Source: an uncultured Nitrospiraceae bacterium (GTDB lineage: Bacteria > Nitrospirota > Thermodesulfovibrionia > UBA6902). Taken from it: 64,000 nucleotides of DNA. Both the position numbers and the translations under genes were made by a program. Positions 60,388-64,000 of the stretch are shown one piece after another (position 1 is the first letter of the stretch; each line of letters begins with the position of its first letter). The notes beneath the pieces were generated by a model. The model did no database searches. It saw nothing but the letters and a program-made list of their open reading frames with translations, and was not told the origin of the DNA. The stretch is from positions 1,246 through 65,245 of the forward strand of contig CAYFXR010000062.1 in the NCBI GenBank assembly GCA_964347155.1. The letters are read 5' to 3'.

Positions 60388-63159
60388 ATGTATAGATATA
60401 TGGGAGAGAACAACATCAAATTTCTGTTAATAATGCTTGCTGTTATTGGTTCTTTTCTCTGTATTCCTTTACATACATCGCTGGCAGCGGTCATGCCTGT
60501 ATATGAAAGGCTCCAGCCAGTAACAAGCAATCTGAATGCACCAACAGCAGTAGCCCTTGATAGTAATGAACGTATTTATGTGGCAGAATCAATCAATAAT
60601 AAACTCCTCATTTACAGTCAGAGCGGTCAATACCTTGATTCTCTCTCAGGACTTAAAAAACCTATCAGTGCAGCTGTGGATGGTAATGGAAGGATTTTTA
60701 TAGGAAACAAAACCAGGGGGAACGTTGAAGTTTATGACGCTGATTTAGCCTTTTTATTCAAGCTTGGCACAGGAGATGGAGAGTTTGCACAACCAGGGGC
60801 AATAGCAATTAACAGTGCAGGAGATATCTATGTAGCTGATAGTGAAGAGGATGTAATAAAAATTTATAATCCTGACGGTACCTTTAATTTTTCATTTGGT
60901 AGTTCCGGGAGTGGGGATGGTGAATTTAACTTTCCCACATCTATAGCAATAAATGAGACAGCAGAGGAGATTATCATATCCGACCTTCAATTAATACAGG
61001 ACATGTACGGAGGTGAAATCGAGGGGGCAAGGATACAAGTACTTGATATGAACGGGGTGTTCAAAAGAAGCTTCGGTGAATATGGAGTTGGGGAAGGATT
61101 AATGGCAAAGCCCATGGGAGTGACAGTAGATAGTGAGGGCAGGATATATGTGACGGATTCTTATCAGCATATAGTTCATGTGTTTGACAGCAACGGCACA
61201 TTTCTTGGAACCGTGTATAATCTTGATAATCCAATGAGGACCCCCCTGAGCATAGCCATAGGAAATAGCAACAGGCTTTTCATAGCGTCACTGAATACCG
61301 GGAAGGTAGAGGTTTACGGAATAGATCAATATACACAAATGGAAGTATCGCCCTTAACCCTTTCTTACGAAGGACAGGAGGATGGAGCAGATCCTGCATC
61401 ACAAAACGTAACCATAACCAATAACGGAACAGGTACACTCACCTGGACCGCAGAGGCAAGCGACAGCTGGATAACATTATCCGGGACATCAGGCCTGGCA
61501 GACCCGTCAGACAGTTCTGTTTTAAACGTGGGAGCAGACCTGAACGGGCTTTCAGTTGGAACATATACGGGCAGCGTGAGCATCCGTGCAGGGTCAGGGG
61601 CTATGGAAGTAGTGGATATAGAGCTGACAGTTTTACCAATGCCGCAGCTTTCCGTGATACCGTCTGCATTAGAATTTATATCACAGAACGGTTCAGTTCC
61701 TTCATCACAGGGTCTCTCAATAGAAAATACGGGAGAAGGCACACTGAATTGGTCAGCCTCTTCGGACAGGAGCTGGATTTTAATTGACAAAGAGACAGGG
61801 ACAGCGCCGGATACGATAGTGGTTTCTATAGATGTATCATCAATGGGAGCCGGGACATATACTGGAGCGATCACCATAACAGGAGGGGGCTCTGCGATCA
61901 TACCGGTAACCCTGAATATCATTGAAGTGGTAGGCACAATAAACGTAACAACAAACCTTGCAGATGCCGCATTTACCATAAACGGGTCTGGGTCTTATTC
62001 AGGCAGTGGAATGAGCTGGGCAGTGACAGATGCGCCGATCGGCACTTATACAATTATATTTGGAGCTGTTGAGGGATACACCACACCGTCTTCACAGAAC
62101 CAGACACTGCAGACGGATGGAACGATTAATTTTTCAGGGGATTATGAAGAAATAGTAGAAGCACAGCAGGCAGTTAACAAAAATATCATAGTGGGACACG
62201 GCCCGGGGAAGCGTAATAATGGCCTTGTCAAGGTGATGAAATCTGATGGAAGCGAGACAGGGGTGGAGTTTTTTGCCCATAAATATACATATGGAGTAAA
62301 CGTGGCAGCAGGGGACATTAATTGCGACGGTGTCGATGAAGTAATAACAGCACCCGGTCCCGGACCTAAAAACCCCGCAAAAATCAAGATATTTGATAAA
62401 AATGGTAATCATCTCAGAAATTTAATCATTACTGCTTTTAAAAACTATAAATATGGGGCGAATGTGGCATCTGGAGATTTTAACGGGGATGGATATCATG
62501 AAGTTGTAGCAGGAGTAGGAGCAGTACCCGGGAATCCTGCATATGTAAAAGTATTTGTGTATGACACAACAAAAAAGAAAATGATAAACAGCGGGATTAA
62601 ATTGCTTGCCTATGATAGAAAATATGGAGTAAGGGTAGCAGCAGGCGATGTTGACGATGACGGGATTGATGAAATAATTACAGCCCCTGGTCCTGATGAA
62701 TTCAGCAAAGGTGTATTGATAAAGATATGGGAAGTGAATACATCTTCGGGTATTGGTCAGTGGAGTGCATCATTATCTTATAAGTACACAGTTAAATCAC
62801 GGCATAGATACAGCGTGAGCATAACAAGCGGGGACATAAACGGGGACGGTTATGATGAGGTAATAGCGGGAGAGGGACCGTATTACAATGTACCAGATAA
62901 GATAAAAGTATTTGATAGAAATGGTGAGATTGTATCAAAATTCAGGGCTTATATAGGCAGGCATTATGCAGCGAATATGGCAAGTGATGACATAGATAAC
63001 GATGGAGTGGCAGAGATAATAGTGGGAGCAGGACCTCATAAGCGCAAGAAGGGGATTGTAAAAATCTATAATGCCAATGGTGTAAGGCAGGCTCGCTTTA
63101 CGGCCTTTAATGCAATGTATGGCGTAAATGTTGCAGTTGGTGATTTAGGATGGGAATAA
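60388..63159 (+). CDS. Large secreted multidomain protein: N-terminal NHL-repeat beta-propeller, two BACON/Ig-like domains, an additional beta-sandwich, and a C-terminal FG-GAP (integrin-alpha-like) repeat beta-propeller.
   Basis: Signal peptide. NHL units (YVAESINNKLLIYSQSG, IYVADSEEDVIKIYNPDG, IYVTDSYQHIVHVFDSNG). BACON-like units (LTLSYEGQEDGADPASQNVTITNNGTGTLTWTAEASDSWITLSGTSG and LSIENTGEGTLNWSASSDRSWILIDKETG). Five FG-GAP/Ca-binding units (GDINCDGVDEVITAPGPG, GDFNGDGYHEVVAGVG, GDVDDDGIDEIITAPGPD, GDINGDGYDEVIAGEGP, DDIDNDGVAEIIVGAGP). Confidence 0.7.
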   Translation: MYRYMGENNIKFLLIMLAVIGSFLCIPLHTSLAAVMPVYERLQPVTSNLNAPTAVALDSNERIYVAESINNKLLIYSQSGQYLDSLSGLKKPISAAVDGNGRIFIGNKTRGNVEVYDADLAFLFKLGTGDGEFAQPGAIAINSAGDIYVADSEEDVIKIYNPDGTFNFSFGSSGSGDGEFNFPTSIAINETAEEIIISDLQLIQDMYGGEIEGARIQVLDMNGVFKRSFGEYGVGEGLMAKPMGVTVDSEGRIYVTDSYQHIVHVFDSNGTFLGTVYNLDNPMRTPLSIAIGNSNRLFIASLNTGKVEVYGIDQYTQMEVSPLTLSYEGQEDGADPASQNVTITNNGTGTLTWTAEASDSWITLSGTSGLADPSDSSVLNVGADLNGLSVGTYTGSVSIRAGSGAMEVVDIELTVLPMPQLSVIPSALEFISQNGSVPSSQGLSIENTGEGTLNWSASSDRSWILIDKETGTAPDTIVVSIDVSSMGAGTYTGAITITGGGSAIIPVTLNIIEVVGTINVTTNLADAAFTINGSGSYSGSGMSWAVTDAPIGTYTIIFGAVEGYTTPSSQNQTLQTDGTINFSGDYEEIVEAQQAVNKNIIVGHGPGKRNNGLVKVMKSDGSETGVEFFAHKYTYGVNVAAGDINCDGVDEVITAPGPGPKNPAKIKIFDKNGNHLRNLIITAFKNYKYGANVASGDFNGDGYHEVVAGVGAVPGNPAYVKVFVYDTTKKKMINSGIKLLAYDRKYGVRVAAGDVDDDGIDEIITAPGPDEFSKGVLIKIWEVNTSSGIGQWSASLSYKYTVKSRHRYSVSITSGDINGDGYDEVIAGEGPYYNVPDKIKVFDRNGEIVSKFRAYIGRHYAANMASDDIDNDGVAEIIVGAGPHKRKKGIVKIYNANGVRQARFTAFNAMYGVNVAVGDLGWE

Positions 63160-63250
63160 TATGGGGGGGGATTAATAAAGAAATATTTGTATAAATAAAA
63201 ATTCATAAACTGCCGAAAGGGCAAACTATCTGCAAAGGTAGGGCGCAAAG

Positions 63251-63490
63251 CCGCTGATCCTGAAATTAGCTATAAGCGTTTAGCTTTAAGCTTTAAGTGA
63301 AAAATCTTTTAGCTTATTGCTTAACGCTTATGGCTTAAAGCTTAAAGGGTGGCAGGGCTGCCGAAGGAGTTTTATAAAATTTAAAACCCATACCTTTTCA
63401 GGTATGGGTTTTTTAGCTATAAGTTTTCAGCGTTAAGCTTTAAGTTACTAAATATTTTTTAGCTTATCGCTGACAGCTAAAAAGGATATG
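63251..63490. repeat. AGCT-rich direct and inverted repeats (AGCTATAAGCGTTTAGCTTTAAGCTTTAAG / GCTTAAAGCTTAAAG ... AGCTATAAGTTTTCAGCGTTAAGCTTTAAG) flanking the terminator.
   Basis: Read directly. Long imperfect palindrome 63251-63350 and a second copy at 63415-63445. Confidence 0.4.
63384..63415 (+). terminator. Rho-independent terminator downstream of the NHL/FG-GAP gene.
   Basis: AAAACCCATACCTTTTCAGGTATGGGTTTTTT: a 10-bp stem CCCATACCTG/CAGGTATGGG followed by a T6 run. Confidence 0.65.
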
Positions 63491-63710
63491 GAATTTACAG
63501 AACTGGGGTATTCAAATGCAGTAATTCCCTAGTAATTTTCAGGATATTCCTGATTAAGTAATTAACCTGGATATCCGAATAAGTATTATGAATGTAAATA
63601 AAAAAAGGAGACTAAAAAAGGGGACTAAAAGCGATTTTTGGGCTGAAACGCTCATTATCTTCATAAGTCGAAAAGAATTGCAGTGGAAACATATCCCCAT
63701 TGTATAAAGA

Positions 63711-64000
63711 ATGGATAAGCAAGTACTAATAAAAGCATTAATTTTAGCATTGGCATTTAGTTTCATAGCAATCCAGGCAGATACGCTTGATTATCCTCAT
63801 AGCAGTGTAAACAATATTAACTGTACTTCCTGTCATTTTGTATATGGAACCGAGCCTTCCCTTTTGCCCGAGTGGACAAACCATGTTCCCCAGGATATAG
63901 ATGATACCCAGTACAATACACTCTGCTGGAGCTGCCACAATGATGTAACGGCTCCATATATGAAGACACATTCGAGTCTTCAGATAGACAACAGCTACGG
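63711..64000 (+). CDS. c-type (multi)heme cytochrome, N-terminal fragment (3'-partial; continues past the window end).
   Basis: ATG at 63711, a signal peptide (LIKALILALAFSFIAIQA), and two CXXCH heme-binding motifs (CTSCH, CWSCH) within the first 85 residues. Not in the ORF track because it has no stop. Confidence 0.6.
   Translation, partial: MDKQVLIKALILALAFSFIAIQADTLDYPHSSVNNINCTSCHFVYGTEPSLLPEWTNHVPQDIDDTQYNTLCWSCHNDVTAPYMKTHSSLQIDNSY

Noticed and set aside
61365-62412. Minus-strand ORFs 61365-61979, 62134-62412 and 62142-62387 within the NHL/FG-GAP gene.
   Set aside because: They are antisense to a gene with clear repeated NHL and FG-GAP domain signatures. They are shadow ORFs.

Overview
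This is a 64 kb low-GC bacterial chromosomal window, mostly housekeeping genes on both strands. No CRISPR, Cas, reverse transcriptase or obvious defence island is visible. Genes recognised from the translations: comM/yifB (5' partial), a vapBC toxin-antitoxin pair, cstA, xseAB, a PEP-CTERM protein, yajC-secD-secF, recJ, relA/spoT, ogt, a B12-binding radical SAM protein, groES-groEL with a perfect CIRCE operator, a rhomboid protease, tmRNA (ssrA), glgC, a deoxyhypusine-synthase-like gene, a lexA-orf-dinB SOS operon, argH, gmhA, an amiC-like amidase with a GerMN gene, murI, rph, radC, purH, purD, purE, a DAHP synthase/chorismate mutase fusion, a csp, mlaEFD plus mlaC, dsbA, parAB, a histidine kinase, tRNA-Met(CAT), a Zn-ribbon protein with rnhA, a DUF368 membrane protein, a giant NHL/FG-GAP surface protein and the start of a c-type cytochrome. 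The two things that stand out are non-standard. (1) The intergenic DNA is dense with at least five families of short repeats that recur as mosaics at more than 12 loci: G/C-rich hairpin arrays, an AT-rich 'GCATTATT' module, a GGGAATGAC-ended foldback element, and others. One copy is interrupted by an intact IS5/IS1182-type insertion sequence whose 13-bp terminal inverted repeats and 4-bp duplication can be read exactly. (2) A bacterial homolog of methanogen MtrA (the corrinoid-binding subunit), with an N-terminal Cys cluster and a C-terminal DUF4346-like domain, is translationally coupled upstream of parA-parB. It faces a histidine kinase that carries an unusual 7-Cys C-terminal tail. Other items worth a second look: a catalytically dead S1 protease after the mla operon, a perfect 24-bp palindrome at the lexA start, and three TGTAAA-N-TTTACA palindromes upstream of the PEP-CTERM gene. 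All calls come from reading the sequence and translations; no database searches were run.
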